A stretch of DNA of 54,019 nucleotides, the filler included, from Catajapyx aquilonaris (Eukaryota): assembly GCA_000934665.2 (NCBI GenBank). It is 2 parts of 2 records of this genome, joined end to end, with 100 filler letters (N's around TTAATTAATTAA, not from the genome) between each part and the next. Parts side by side here need not be neighbours in the genome. Positions count along the whole stretch, not along the records: positions 1 to 23,339 come from JYFJ02005702.1; 1 more part is not named here. One strand, 5' to 3'. This document shows, in pieces, positions 1 through 10,705 of the stretch. Numbering within the stretch: position 1 is the stretch's first letter; each line of letters starts with the position of its first letter. The position numbers were made by a program, and so were the translations under genes. The notes beneath the pieces were generated by a model, which saw nothing but the letters and a program-made list of their open reading frames with translations, had not been told where the DNA came from and ran no database searches.

Positions 1-303
1 AAAAAAATGAAAACTTATTTTTTAGTGGGTTTAAATTTTTTGCGGCGTTTTGAAGAGGAATTAAGTAAAAGTGTAAATGGTAGGAAATCAAGTCACGGCG
101 GTGGGGATCTGTGTTCAAAATTTGGAAGCTCTACCTACAGCAGAACTTGAGTTAGGGCGAATTAAAAAAATGTAATAACAACAACAAGTAGGAAAAATTC
201 ATTGTTGAAACGCTATGCTACGGTCTTACTTAAGGGCTATCGCCCTTAAAATATTAAAGGGGAAACTGAATCCTTAAATGTTCTCACCAGGGACCATTGC
301 TAG

Positions 304-2274
304 TTACTCAGTAAATTCTGGACTGGACCTAGGCTTCACCGTCCCCCCAGCGTCATACCCTTCGTGAGATACAGAAACCATTTCACTCTCTGTATGCGAC
401 GGCCCGTTAACCGGCCGTCTAAATCTCTGCCAAGGTTGGTATTTAACACAAGAGAAGAACACAATACCAATGATAAAAATAATAAGTATAGTAATAATAG
501 AGGGCACAAAAACAACCGGTTGTTGCCAGTGAGGCGTAATATTATCCGAACCAGAGTTAAACTGAGGAATTTCCTGTAAGGAATCCACCGTGTCTTTTAA
601 AGCCTCCAGTGAAACTGTCGACTCAGCCTTAATGAAACGCAGCCGGTTCACAACAGAAGTTAAAAGGCTCGCGTTGGAGCCGATGCTTGTCAACCAACCC
701 CGCTCCGCCAAGGACAAGACACTCATGACACGTGGCAAAACAACCGTTTGCGGAATAGGGAATTGCATATGAGAAGAACCGTGGAAGCTAGTTGCCAATT
801 TGAAACCGGAGAGGAACGCTGTACATCCGGGAGGAATTAACAGCTGTCCCTTTCCTTCGATATTCACTACGTTACTGCTCTCTGCCAACAAGCATTTTAC
901 TGTTACGTCGTAAGGACGTGGCAGATTATATGCCCAGTGGCCTGAAGTGTCCAAGGGCACAAAAAGGGGGCGGGGATCAAATACCGCCACTTTTCTACAA
1001 ATATCGGAAGTAAAACGATAACCAGTGAGTAATGCAAATGAACAACTGGTATCGGGTCTGGCCCTCACGGGCGCTTTAGGACTGCACAAATTCGGGGGTT
1101 TACCGAGGCAAGGCAAGACATCATCCAAGGCTAGTTCCATAAAAAACTGTAGGTCTTTAGAAACAGCCAGGTATGGACTATCTGGATGAATTTCTACGGA
1201 TAGGCTAGATGAGGAAAAGGTAGGCCAAGGATAGGACCTCAATAAATCAAAGGTGTTAGCCTCAGCTTGTAATGGCACAGAGATAAAAAGTCTAATATGA
1301 TCCTTCCAAATTGTCATCTGCACGTGGCACTGCCTATATAGTTCGCGACGCTCTGCAGGTGTGTCAGGCACAACGAAGGACAGCCCCTTAGGCAAAACAG
1401 TGGAAATTTTGCGCATAACTTCAGAAAGTAAACTAGGTGGTACGATAGCTGGATGTAGTACACCCAAACTGGCCTGATGGACCGCAGGAGTAAGTAGTCC
1501 TAGAGAATGCCTCAACTGGCCCAAAACGGAATGGAGCATTCTAGTGCACTTAGAAAGACCCACATTCGTCAGGGTAGTCGACACAAACTGATGGGCTAGA
1601 TGTTGAAAAACATCTTTAATATGAGTTGTCAACTCGGCAAGTTGGTTGGCAACAATGTTGAGTGCCTGTGTGTTATTTGCTACTTGTGAATTTAGTTGGT
1701 TAAGAACGGTCAGTTGCAATTTTTGCGCGTGAATTAATTTGTTAGTGGTCTGACGCAAAGTATCGACCTTCCCATTTATCTGGTTCAAATCAGCGGTGGT
1801 GGCTGTGCCAAAGACGAATTTCAGAATTTCACCGCCCAAATCGATAAGAGAACGTTTAGAACGAGTAACAACTTGATCGTGCCCCAAAAACTTCTCTAAC
1901 TGCAAAAATTCCATTTTGACTGCTTTTAATTCTTCCGCCAAAAATGTGAATTCTTCCAGATACTGACAACGTACTAATTGTAGCCACTCTGGTCGCCATG
2001 CTACTAGAAAGGCGATCTCCGGTAAGGAATCATTACACCCCTGCCCGGAAGGGACCAACAAATTATTCAGCTGAGCAATCTGAGCTGTTACATTTTGCAA
2101 CTGAAGTTTAAGTGGCGAAAAGTCCAAATCCAACACCACATCCCAACTGTTATCAGTATTTATAAATTCACACAGCTTAACAAACAGCACTCCAGAATCT
2201 GGGGAATTTTCCGGCACAGGTTCCTGCGCACGCGCAAGAACAAGTACAGAGGTCATCCAAATGCCCATCAACAT
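304..2274 (-). CDS. env: Envelope fusion glycoprotein, baculovirus F / errantivirus Env-like; uninterrupted ORF
   Basis: N-terminal hydrophobic segment MLMGIWMTSVLVLARA. Furin site RSKR (1863-1852) is followed by a fusion-peptide-like SLIDLGGEILKFVFGTAT, then heptad-like repeats, a Cys-rich region and a C-terminal TM segment VVFVPSIITILIIFIIGIVFFSCV. First ATG at 2274 (the ORF track starts at GTG 2301). Confidence 0.9.
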   Translation of the reverse strand: MLMGIWMTSVLVLARAQEPVPENSPDSGVLFVKLCEFINTDNSWDVVLDLDFSPLKLQLQNVTAQIAQLNNLLVPSGQGCNDSLPEIAFLVAWRPEWLQLVRCQYLEEFTFLAEELKAVKMEFLQLEKFLGHDQVVTRSKRSLIDLGGEILKFVFGTATTADLNQINGKVDTLRQTTNKLIHAQKLQLTVLNQLNSQVANNTQALNIVANQLAELTTHIKDVFQHLAHQFVSTTLTNVGLSKCTRMLHSVLGQLRHSLGLLTPAVHQASLGVLHPAIVPPSLLSEVMRKISTVLPKGLSFVVPDTPAERRELYRQCHVQMTIWKDHIRLFISVPLQAEANTFDLLRSYPWPTFSSSSLSVEIHPDSPYLAVSKDLQFFMELALDDVLPCLGKPPNLCSPKAPVRARPDTSCSFALLTGYRFTSDICRKVAVFDPRPLFVPLDTSGHWAYNLPRPYDVTVKCLLAESSNVVNIEGKGQLLIPPGCTAFLSGFKLATSFHGSSHMQFPIPQTVVLPRVMSVLSLAERGWLTSIGSNASLLTSVVNRLRFIKAESTVSLEALKDTVDSLQEIPQFNSGSDNITPHWQQPVVFVPSIITILIIFIIGIVFFSCVKYQPWQRFRRPVNGPSHTESEMVSVSHEGYDAGGTVKPRSSPEFTE

Positions 2275-2511
2275 GTTTGCTGTATCTGAAATAGAACACA
2301 CTTACTCTAATATATATTATCATCCCACCCTTATCAGGGAAGCACAAACCTCCCTGCTAGAAATTACGTTCGACTTAATCACTGTGTCAGCACGTCAGGA
2401 AATACATTACACCATAAGGGAGGCAACGTTGCAACATCCCTATGCGGACGTAAGCACCTTGACCCTCTCACACTACAGCTTATCATGTAGCCGACAAAAT
2501 GGACGTGCAGG

Positions 2512-5407
2512 TCAACATCGACCACCGGACGGGGTCCCACCATCATTCTTTTTATGATTCTGACAGCACCAGCGGTCCACTTGTTTGCGAGTGCGTTCGC
2601 TTCTACGGAGCACGACCTCCGTATCGGACGGAGTGCCTGATCGTGTCAATAAGCGACCACGAGAATGAGGTGGCGGCGGTGTAAAAAAAGGACTACGAGG
2701 ACTCTTTGATTCGGACCGGTGTCGCCCGGCTCCTCTAGGAGGACTCGGAGAATGGGAATCGGCCTGGAAAATGGGGGGGGCTCCGTCGATGCTGGCTGCT
2801 GTGAGTGAATCACGATTTCTTCATCGGGATCCCCACATTCAGAGTGACTTTCGGCAGGCCGAACCTCCGGTACAGCGTCATCAGATGGCGCTAAACAGGG
2901 TGCCTCTACCTCATCCCACACGGGCTCCGGAAAAACATCCCTCTCTACACGCTGTTTCAATCTATTGGTATTCACAATTTGGTTGCTTTTACTTCCAAAA
3001 AGGGGCCTAATTTCCACCGTGACTGGACCGATTATTCGGATAATACGAAAAGGACCTCTCCAAAAATGGGTGAATTTCTTCGCTCGGCCAGATTTAATAA
3101 CCGGCATAAAAAGCATAACCACATCTGACACGCGAAAATCCCTCCTTTTGGCCTTTTTATCATAAGCCCTTTTGCTCTTAGCATGACTTTCTTGTAGCTG
3201 TTCATGAATGCGATCATATATGTGTGGCATGCGAGACGCAAGATCCTCTTTATAATTTTCAAAATCCCGATATACGCACTGTTTTGGGTGAATCCTGGCA
3301 GCCAATGGCATATTTAATTACCTTGCGAAGAGTGCAAAGTACGGGGTTTCACCTGTAGAAGAATGAACCGCCGCACGTAAACCCATAAGGGTCAAAGGTA
3401 AAAGAGTATCCCAATTTGATTGTTCCGCATCAACATGGTTCGAAAGGGCGCGTGATATGCTTTGATTCAACCTCTCTAGGGCCCCATTCGATTTTGGATT
3501 ATACGGGGTGGTGAAAATCGAGGAAGTCCCGAATAGTTTACAAACACCCTGCATCAATTTTGATAGAAAATTTGCGGCACAATCAGAAAGCAATTTCTCA
3601 CAAACTCCATACCTGCAAAATATATTTTCTACTAATATTTTCGCAACAGTGTCGGCTGACTGATCGGGGACAGGGAATGCTTCAGGAAACCGTGTAAGCA
3701 AATCAGTAATTACTAATATGTGCCGGTATCCACGTTCTGTTAGAGGCAGAGGACCAACGAAATCCATACTTACATACTGAAATGGGTATGAAGGCATCAA
3801 TACCTTTTCCAAGGGAGCCCTTCGGTTCCTGACGTCCTTTTTCATTTGACATTTTTCACAGCTTTTGCAAAAATGAGTAATATCGGTTCTGATGGTCGGC
3901 CAAAAATATTGCCGCCTCACTCTTTCCAGCGTTTTGTCTTGGGAAAAATGAGGAGAAAGCAATGCCTCGTGAAATGTTTCCATTATGTATTTTCTCATAG
4001 TGCCGGGCACATATAATTGGTACAGTGGCCGAATTACCCGTTGATTTCGATCCAGGGTTATTTTACGAAACAACATGTCATGTTCTATAAAATATCCCGG
4101 GCTCGCAGAATTGGTTTCCACTGCCTGTCTTATTTTACAAATCTCCGGATCTTTCCGTTGTTCCGTAATTATTCTCTGTCGATCCCAAATTATGGGTTCG
4201 TCCTCAGCTTCCACCACTTGTCTGCGCGGCGCGGTTGCAAAGCATTCTGTTTGAATCGGTGGTGGTCCTACCTTAATGCGTGATAATGCATCTGCGTTCT
4301 CATGGTTACGGCCTGCGCGGTGCAAAACCTCGAAATCAAATTCCTGCAAGCTCCACAACCACCTGGCGACCTTGGCCTTGGCCTCAGTCTGTTTGAAAAT
4401 CCACGAGATGGCAGAGCAGTCCGTAACTATGGTGAACTTTCTACCCCACAAGTAAACCCGAAAATAGCGTGTGGCCCAGACCGCCGCTAAAACTTCGCGT
4501 TCCAAATTGCTCAAATTCACGTCATGACAATTCAACATGCGACTGGCAAAAGCGACAGGCTTCTCATCGTCGCCATCCATTTGATATAGGATGCTGCCTA
4601 AGGCAAACCCTGACGAATCACAGGCTAAATAAAATTTTTTTGTGTAATCGGGGAAACTTAGGACAGGCGGATGGGTGAGCGAATGTTTCAAAAATTTGAA
4701 CGCGTCTTCACATTGGTTGTCCCAGATGAAAGGAACGTTTTTCTTAGTAAGATGTGTCAAAGATCGAGCGTGTTCCGCATAGGATGGAATAAACTTCCTA
4801 TAAAACCCGCTCAGACCGAGAATACCTTTGACTTCTCGCGTATTCGCGGGGCGTGGAAAATCTACCACTGCTTTAATTTTTTCCGGATTGGGGCTTATCC
4901 CCTCACGAGAAATGATATGCCCCAAGTATTTCAACTCCGGACGCGCAAACTTACATTTTGACAGTTTGGCCTTTAAGTTCACTTGCCTCAATTTATTTAA
5001 AAGCGTCTGGATATGTTTTAAATGGGACTGAAAATCTCCAGAACACAGAACCAAGTCGTCCAAATATAATAAAAAGTTCTCTGGAGGCAAATCACTCATT
5101 ACCAATGAGGTCATCATACTGGCAAACACGCTCGGGCTGGTGGACATTCCGAACGGGACTCTTTTGAACTCATAATTTCCGAGGTGAGTTGAGAAACCCG
5201 TGTAACGGTAACTGTCCGGATCTAAAGAAATTTGAGTAAAAGCCGAGTACAAATCAATTGAAGTTAAATACTCCACCTTCCCTACAGAATATATCAAATC
5301 TGAAATATTCGGGATTGGAAATATAGCCGCTGGAGCCAGCTGCTTGTTTAAACGACGATAATCTGTCACTAGCCTAAATTTTCCTGAATTTCCTTTTGGT
5401 ATTATTG
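2512..5407 (-). pseudogene. pol: Disrupted pol (RT-RNaseH-integrase), lacking protease and RT N-terminus
   Basis: RT: GKFRLVTDYRRLN, VPFGM, YLDD. RNaseH: CDSSG, EREVLA, TDCSA, NADALSR. IN: HHCC (FHEALLSPH...CKSCEKC), MDFVGP, SDCAANF, ERLN, GPF module. In-frame TAA at 3320-3318. A shift at the G8 run (2773-2780) restores a tail containing LRRSERTRKQVDR that ends at TGA 2514-2512. Confidence 0.93.
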
Positions 5408-6670
5408 TGCTGGTTGGGCGACATTTTGACCGGGTCTATTCTGAGAAGCATGTTGCGGTGCCCTGTAATTATCCCGCCTGCCTTGGCCACCTTGTGGTGT
5501 ACCATTTCTATTTAATGGACACTCGCGTCTCCAGTGCCAATCGCCACACTGATGACACGGACTTGGAGGCAAGGATTTTACTGGGCCTGGGGGCAAGTCA
5601 TTTGCTGGCCTTGGGGACACGTTTTTTACGGGGCATCCCGCTATTAAGTGTTGGTCACTATTACACTGGAAACACCTCAAAGGTGGTCTCGGAGGCGTTC
5701 CCGGCGCAAAGTTTACTCCCCCAGCTCTTGGATTTCGGAAGGTAGGCGGAGGATATGGAAATGCAGGTGGAGGTTGATTAACCGCGGCCCTAGCCTCTTC
5801 CACGCTTCTCTCCATTTCGAGTTGATATCTCGTCAATTGATGAGCCAAAGAGGCTACCTTGTCAGCTAAATTTGCGGTCACATCATCCTCAGGATGCGTA
5901 ACCAAAACCCCATGTTTGGTCTTTTTGTCACGATAGAAATTTCCAGCCTCGCGGCTTTCCTCCTCCTGAGCCAATTTCAAAGCTTCATCTAGCGTTTTTG
6001 GCTTCAAGATGGCCAAATTCTTTTTAACTCCATTCGAATAGAGTCCTGATTTGAACTGAGATAATGTTAGTTGGTCCGCGATTGGCTGTTGCTGTTCGGG
6101 GGTTTGTATATCAGCCATAATGTCATACTTCAAACGCCTAAGTCGAGTTACAAAATCCTGCACGCTTTCGGTGTCTTTCTGATAGACACTTTGTAGTTCC
6201 CCAATTAACTCACAGTAATTACGAGCACTACCGAAACGTGCGAGGAACTGTTTTTTAAAGTTTTCCCAGTTCACTACGTTCTGGAACTCGGGTGACAATA
6301 AAATTTGTGTTGAGGCTGGATCTCGCAATTTCAACTTTAGGCAGTTGATTTTTTCTAAGTCGGACCACTGGGACATCTGACCGGCCATCTCTATGTGGTG
6401 TATGAATTGTAAAGCGGATTCGTTCGCACGGCCCTCAAAATACGGGATCGTCATTAGAAGACCACTATTAAACCGGACCACCTGCTCCGGGACAGCGGTA
6501 CTAGCACTCGGAGTCACTTTTGTTTCTGTGCCCGTCATGGTTGCTATTAGCTGAGAGGACAACTCACACTCACGTTCTAACAAGGATGCCAACACTATCA
6601 CCTTCTCCTTATACTGTCCTAATATACTTTCAGTGGTTTTTAATGCGCTATCCCCCTCACTGTCTGACAT
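5402..6670 (-). CDS. gag: Gag (capsid-like region plus two zinc knuckles)
   Basis: 422-aa ORF downstream of the PBS. Capsid-like IPYFEG...YQKDTESVQDFVTRL; knuckles CFQCNSDQHLIAGC (CX2CX4HX4C) and CHQCGDWHWRREC (CX2CX3HX4C). Confidence 0.92.
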   Translation of the reverse strand: MSDSEGDSALKTTESILGQYKEKVIVLASLLERECELSSQLIATMTGTETKVTPSASTAVPEQVVRFNSGLLMTIPYFEGRANESALQFIHHIEMAGQMSQWSDLEKINCLKLKLRDPASTQILLSPEFQNVVNWENFKKQFLARFGSARNYCELIGELQSVYQKDTESVQDFVTRLRRLKYDIMADIQTPEQQQPIADQLTLSQFKSGLYSNGVKKNLAILKPKTLDEALKLAQEEESREAGNFYRDKKTKHGVLVTHPEDDVTANLADKVASLAHQLTRYQLEMERSVEEARAAVNQPPPAFPYPPPTFRNPRAGGVNFAPGTPPRPPLRCFQCNSDQHLIAGCPVKNVSPRPANDLPPGPVKSLPPSPCHQCGDWHWRRECPLNRNGTPQGGQGRRDNYRAPQHASQNRPGQNVAQPAQ

Positions 6671-6797
6671 AAAATTACCACAGTGTCGAACTAGAAATAA
6701 TTAACACTAATACTATGCGTATACAACTTCTCTCGCCTAGGGCTGGTCTCGGAAAACGTTTTATGAGTTAATCACTATTAAAGTTAATCACAATTAA

Positions 6798-6815
6798 ATC
6801 CTGGTCACGGCACCA
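6798..6815 (-). promoter_or_regulatory. Primer-binding site complementary to the 3' end of tRNA-His(GUG)
   Basis: Minus strand TGGTGCCGTGACCAGGAT directly follows the LTR end (...TGACA). The plus strand ATCCTGGTCACGGCACCA matches the invertebrate tRNA-His 3' end plus CCA as I recall it. Confidence 0.88.
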
Positions 6816-7379
6816 TGTCATCAACTTAAATATGATTAGCCCAGGTTTCTAGTTGATGTTCAAGTTTTCCGATTAGCAGACCCAGAGAGTAAGTGAAGCA
6901 CAGGTATAACAGTAATATGACATTTATTGGTCAAGTCACTAGACATTGGTTAAAATAGGATAATAAGAAATTGACATTTTTTGATACAGTTACTAAGAAT
7001 AAGATATAATAATGAGTACTTACATAGCGTTGAGTACACACTGGTGTCCGTTCTGGATAGAGACTGAGGAGATGGGAAACGGCGAGCCGTTTTATAGTGG
7101 CCAATGGAGCTTTTAACGCGCAGAATTATAGTTAAAACTTGCGACATTATGGTGCAAAAAGTGTAGGTGCGGAGGGTGGCGCAACGCCTCTTTCGCAACT
7201 GCACTCTGCAGCATAAGGAAAAATTGTTCCTTGTCAGCGACTTAATACTGATCAACTGCGCAACATCCCGATGACTAAGTGTCAGGTGTTTAAAAGGATA
7301 TTGCACAACGGGCGAAATTACGTAGCATAAGCTTGATCTATATCGCGTATGTAAATGGTATAGGCCTCGCTGGGTGACA
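6816..7379 (-). repeat. 5' LTR (564 bp)
   Basis: TGTCA/TGACA inverted termini, abutting the PBS. Minus-strand TATAAA at 7096-7091 and AATAAA at 6928-6923. Host GR-like coding sequence starts at 7380. No second LTR is in the window to confirm the ends. Confidence 0.85.
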
Positions 7380-8135
7380 CACCATATTACAGACATCAAG
7401 TAAATAATCATGATGGACACTCCGTATGTTGTTATTGATGCTGTCCACCAGTAGATACGTTTCGTAAAGTTGTTTAGAAGAAGAGCTCATTTTGTCAATG
7501 ATCACATTGTTGTCGAAATGGCAAAATAATCCTTTAAGATCAACCGCACAACTTCGGCCAAGAATATGGCTTGAACAGGCACAGAGTAACAGCAAGAACA
7601 CAGCCTGCCCATTCATCAGCATGCGCAGGATATGATCCTGCGGAAAAGGTTTTCCTAGGAAATAATGAAAAATATATTGCTGATGATGATTAAGTGAAGA
7701 AAGTCAAATGACTAATTTCACGGAGCATTTTTGCAACATCTTCTTGTGTCTGATCAGATCCAGAGGAGAGAATCGGTGCAGAAGAATACAAATATAGGTT
7801 ACTCTGGTCTGGATCCAAATGTAGTTAATCCAGGGACCAACCAGAACGACCGCTCAACTGGTGATGCCCTCAACCTTGTTAGTTGGAAAGATTTTGTTGA
7901 CCCACTCTTCTGCTGCAAAGCAGACTGAAAGTGTTATGCAACTGGCCAGAATCAAAAAGTGCACCATTGTGTACCACGTCCATTGTGGACTTTGTCTTTG
8001 AGAAGGACAGCAAGGTGAGATCCCTGCCACCATTGCCACGATGGCCAGGGGTCTGAACGCAATCCAAAACGCGTCTCTATCCTTCGCAGCATCCTCTGAT
8101 TCCACTTCAATCACGCTAGACATTCTGAATGGCAT
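7380..8135 (-). pseudogene. Gustatory-receptor-like (7TM) pseudogene, 5' part, interrupted by the retrotransposon
   Basis: N-terminus AFRPLAIVAMVAGISPC..., several hydrophobic segments and LVDSINN/YGVSIMIIYL (GR TM5-type 'IN..F/YG'). In-frame stops (e.g. 7856-7854) and frameshifts. Confidence 0.7.
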
Positions 8136-8211
8136 CGCTGAACGAATGATTTTTGAACGTCGAAATGGTTTCCAAAAGTCCACTGCGTACGGTATATCTT
8201 GTAATGAGGTT

Positions 8212-8515
8212 CTCACAAGGGAAGGTCACAGGGTGATAATGACAGATCTTGATGATATTTAGCATGCTAATACAGGACAATATATGATACCCAAAAATGA
8301 AATATTTCATGCGGAGGCCCATATTTGCAAAAGTTATGACGTCTTAAAGTTCCAAAAATACCATTTTCATTGAGTTCATAATGGTATTACATTGGCGACC
8401 GCATATAAGACCACATTGAAGTGTGTAATCAGTTTCTATACTACTACACTCATCTGTCTCATCGGAAAAAAGTCCTACATAACGGCTCTGTATCACTTAC
8501 GGTTTAGGCCTTGGT
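8212..8515. repeat. Interspersed repeat family A, copy 1 (~300 bp)
   Basis: Aligns by eye with 19633-19931 (same orientation) and 20088-20348 (inverted). Confidence 0.9.
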
Positions 8516-8518
8516 AAC

Positions 8519-10705
8519 TCTCATAGTACAGTGTTTTAGTATTATTTTGTAACCATAGTAGCATAGGGTCACTTGAAAGCGGATGGCAGCTGCAGATCAA
8601 ACGAGAATATGAATTTTTTCCCTGAAAAGTAGGAAAAAATCCATTATTTATAATATATATGGTTTTGCCTTGACGCCCCGGGGAGAAACACCCGGGGGGA
8701 AACACGTAAAAATATAAACAGTTACGACAATCCTTTTGAGCGTCATAACTACGTATTTATTCCTGCGGTCATATTTTTTCCGTATCAAGTAAAGGTTCTA
8801 AAACCGAATTTTTAAATTAAGGGATCAATTTTTAAATCATTCCAAATTTTCACATGGAACAAAATTTTCAAAAAAGTCAAATTCCGCATTTGTTTAAATT
8901 TTTAAGGAAGATTGGGCTGCCGAATCCTATCAAATCGAGCGGTCCGTGCTACGTCTCTATCTATCTAATAAATCAAATAAAGTGGGATAATAATTATTGT
9001 GAAAATAATAATCGGACAGAGAGTAATGGTGTGAAATTCGATATGAAGGTCAGAGGCAAGTCGAACCACCTGGGGCCAAAGGGGTTAATTAACAGAATTA
9101 GAAATTTTTCACTCGTCAATCCACCTTGATGTAAGGATGCTGTGAATGAATGTCTCTTAATATTATTTCCATCCAGCAATCCATAGAACAGCTCTAGTTA
9201 AAGCTGGTTAATCTTGCCAGGCTTGTTGCTTCAGGTGTTTGGGTGACATTGGATAATACATATTAGAGAACCTGTCCTCTCCAGCCATACTACTCCTTAC
9301 CCTAGAGTTCGGCATAGGCAAGCAGTTTTTTATGTAAATTCGAATGTAAGTCATCGAATGCTCTTTGGTAAGGTCATGCAACATGTCAAAACGTATGACT
9401 CCATTATTTTCTTAAAGTACTGTACATCTGAAGGTCATCTGATGTACAGTATTTTGAAGTCGTAATGACAGGGCTTGTTCTTAATCCAACATCATAGACA
9501 CAAACAAAAATGCTGATGACCATCAATCTACTGATCAACATTTATGTAAGTGTACCGCCAACCATACCGACCGAGACCGGAAGACATCGACCCCCAGAAT
9601 GTCGTCATCCTAAGTGTCACGCAGCCCTTCATGCAGGACAGACATAGGTGTAGCTCTGAATAGTCAGGATAACCGAGTTCGACGGCTTATTGAAAGTTCG
9701 TGTCAGAATAGATTATACAGTATATTTATCCACGTGGAGTAATTCTAGGGTTTGAGCCACCCCCAAACGTTTCGGGTAAATTTTGTACTGTCACGCAATT
9801 TTTTAAAGAGGGAGTATGTGAACAGTAGTATTATGAAATCTTATAGGAAAAACTATTTCACTTGGCTGCCCGAATACAGTCTGTTAAATGATAGGACGCT
9901 CTGACGTCACAGAAATCGAATTTTCTGAGTATGTGTATGAAGCGAGGAGAGTCTGGGGGTGCTAAATAATTGCATCAATGGCTTCTCGGGTCTCAGGAGG
10001 ATAAGCGCAAACATTTCTTGGAGAAAGAGAAAGGAGACTGTAGAAAACTCTCCATATATCTAGGTTTTACAAATAAGTAAGTGCGTGACAATCGAAGTAG
10101 TTTGTAGGCATTTCAACGACACAGCTACGTAGTGCACGTATGAAATATGTATCCTACAATGAAGTGCACATAGGTTAAGTGAGCAATTTCTTGCCATGCA
10201 AAGTCGGAAGGGAAAACATCATTATCCTGCAATTTATCCTGTCAATGTCAGCAATTGTAACTCACAAATGGACGGATATAATCGTGCATCACATATTTTA
10301 ATATTCTGCAACCGGAAAATCCGCAACATTGTATCTTAATACGGTCCTGTTAGTGGTAATTAGTTTCGGAGCACAGGAAAGGGCAGGCAACGTGTGTATT
10401 TGTGCAAATATAATTTCTGGATGAGTTAGATGGGGACTTGGCAAGGGTGGCAAAATATATTGACAGCTAAATATTTCGGGCAATTGATATAAAAGTTCGG
10501 GGAATCAATAGGAGGAACTCAGTTACACCATGGAAGCGATGCGTGTAGCAGTTGTTGCTCTCTGTGCAGTGGCCTCTCTTGCATACGCTCAAGTCCGCAT
10601 GTCATCTTCATCTGTTGGGTCGGAAGAGGATGAGCTGGTGGCCTCCCTGGTGGAAGACGTCCGTGGTTCGAGACCCGAGTGTCTCCTGGTGTTGTGCGGC
10701 GACTG
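8519..10705 (+). repeat. Local duplication, copy 1 (IR upstream region and IR 5' end)
   Basis: Collinear and highly similar to 20738-23339. Confidence 0.93.

Larger units (their letters stand above)
1..7379 (-). mobile_element. Env-carrying Ty3/Gypsy (Metaviridae) LTR retrotransposon, internally deleted; 3' LTR lies beyond the left edge
   Basis: Minus-strand order is LTR (TGTCA...TGACA), PBS, gag, RT-RNaseH-integrase, env. RT-RH-IN order is the Ty3/Gypsy (and BEL) type; the motifs are Gypsy-like. Confidence 0.95.

Noticed and set aside
1..303. 3' LTR or polypurine tract
   Set aside because: No similarity to 6816-7379 here; it must lie outside the window.
3312..3320. Programmed readthrough at the pol TAA
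   Set aside because: It falls inside integrase where a sense codon is expected, which is not a usual recoding site; a point mutation is simpler.
9078..9092. piggyBac-like right end AAAGGGG|TTAA (also ~21500)
   Set aside because: No matching left TIR or TSD found, so no element could be delimited.
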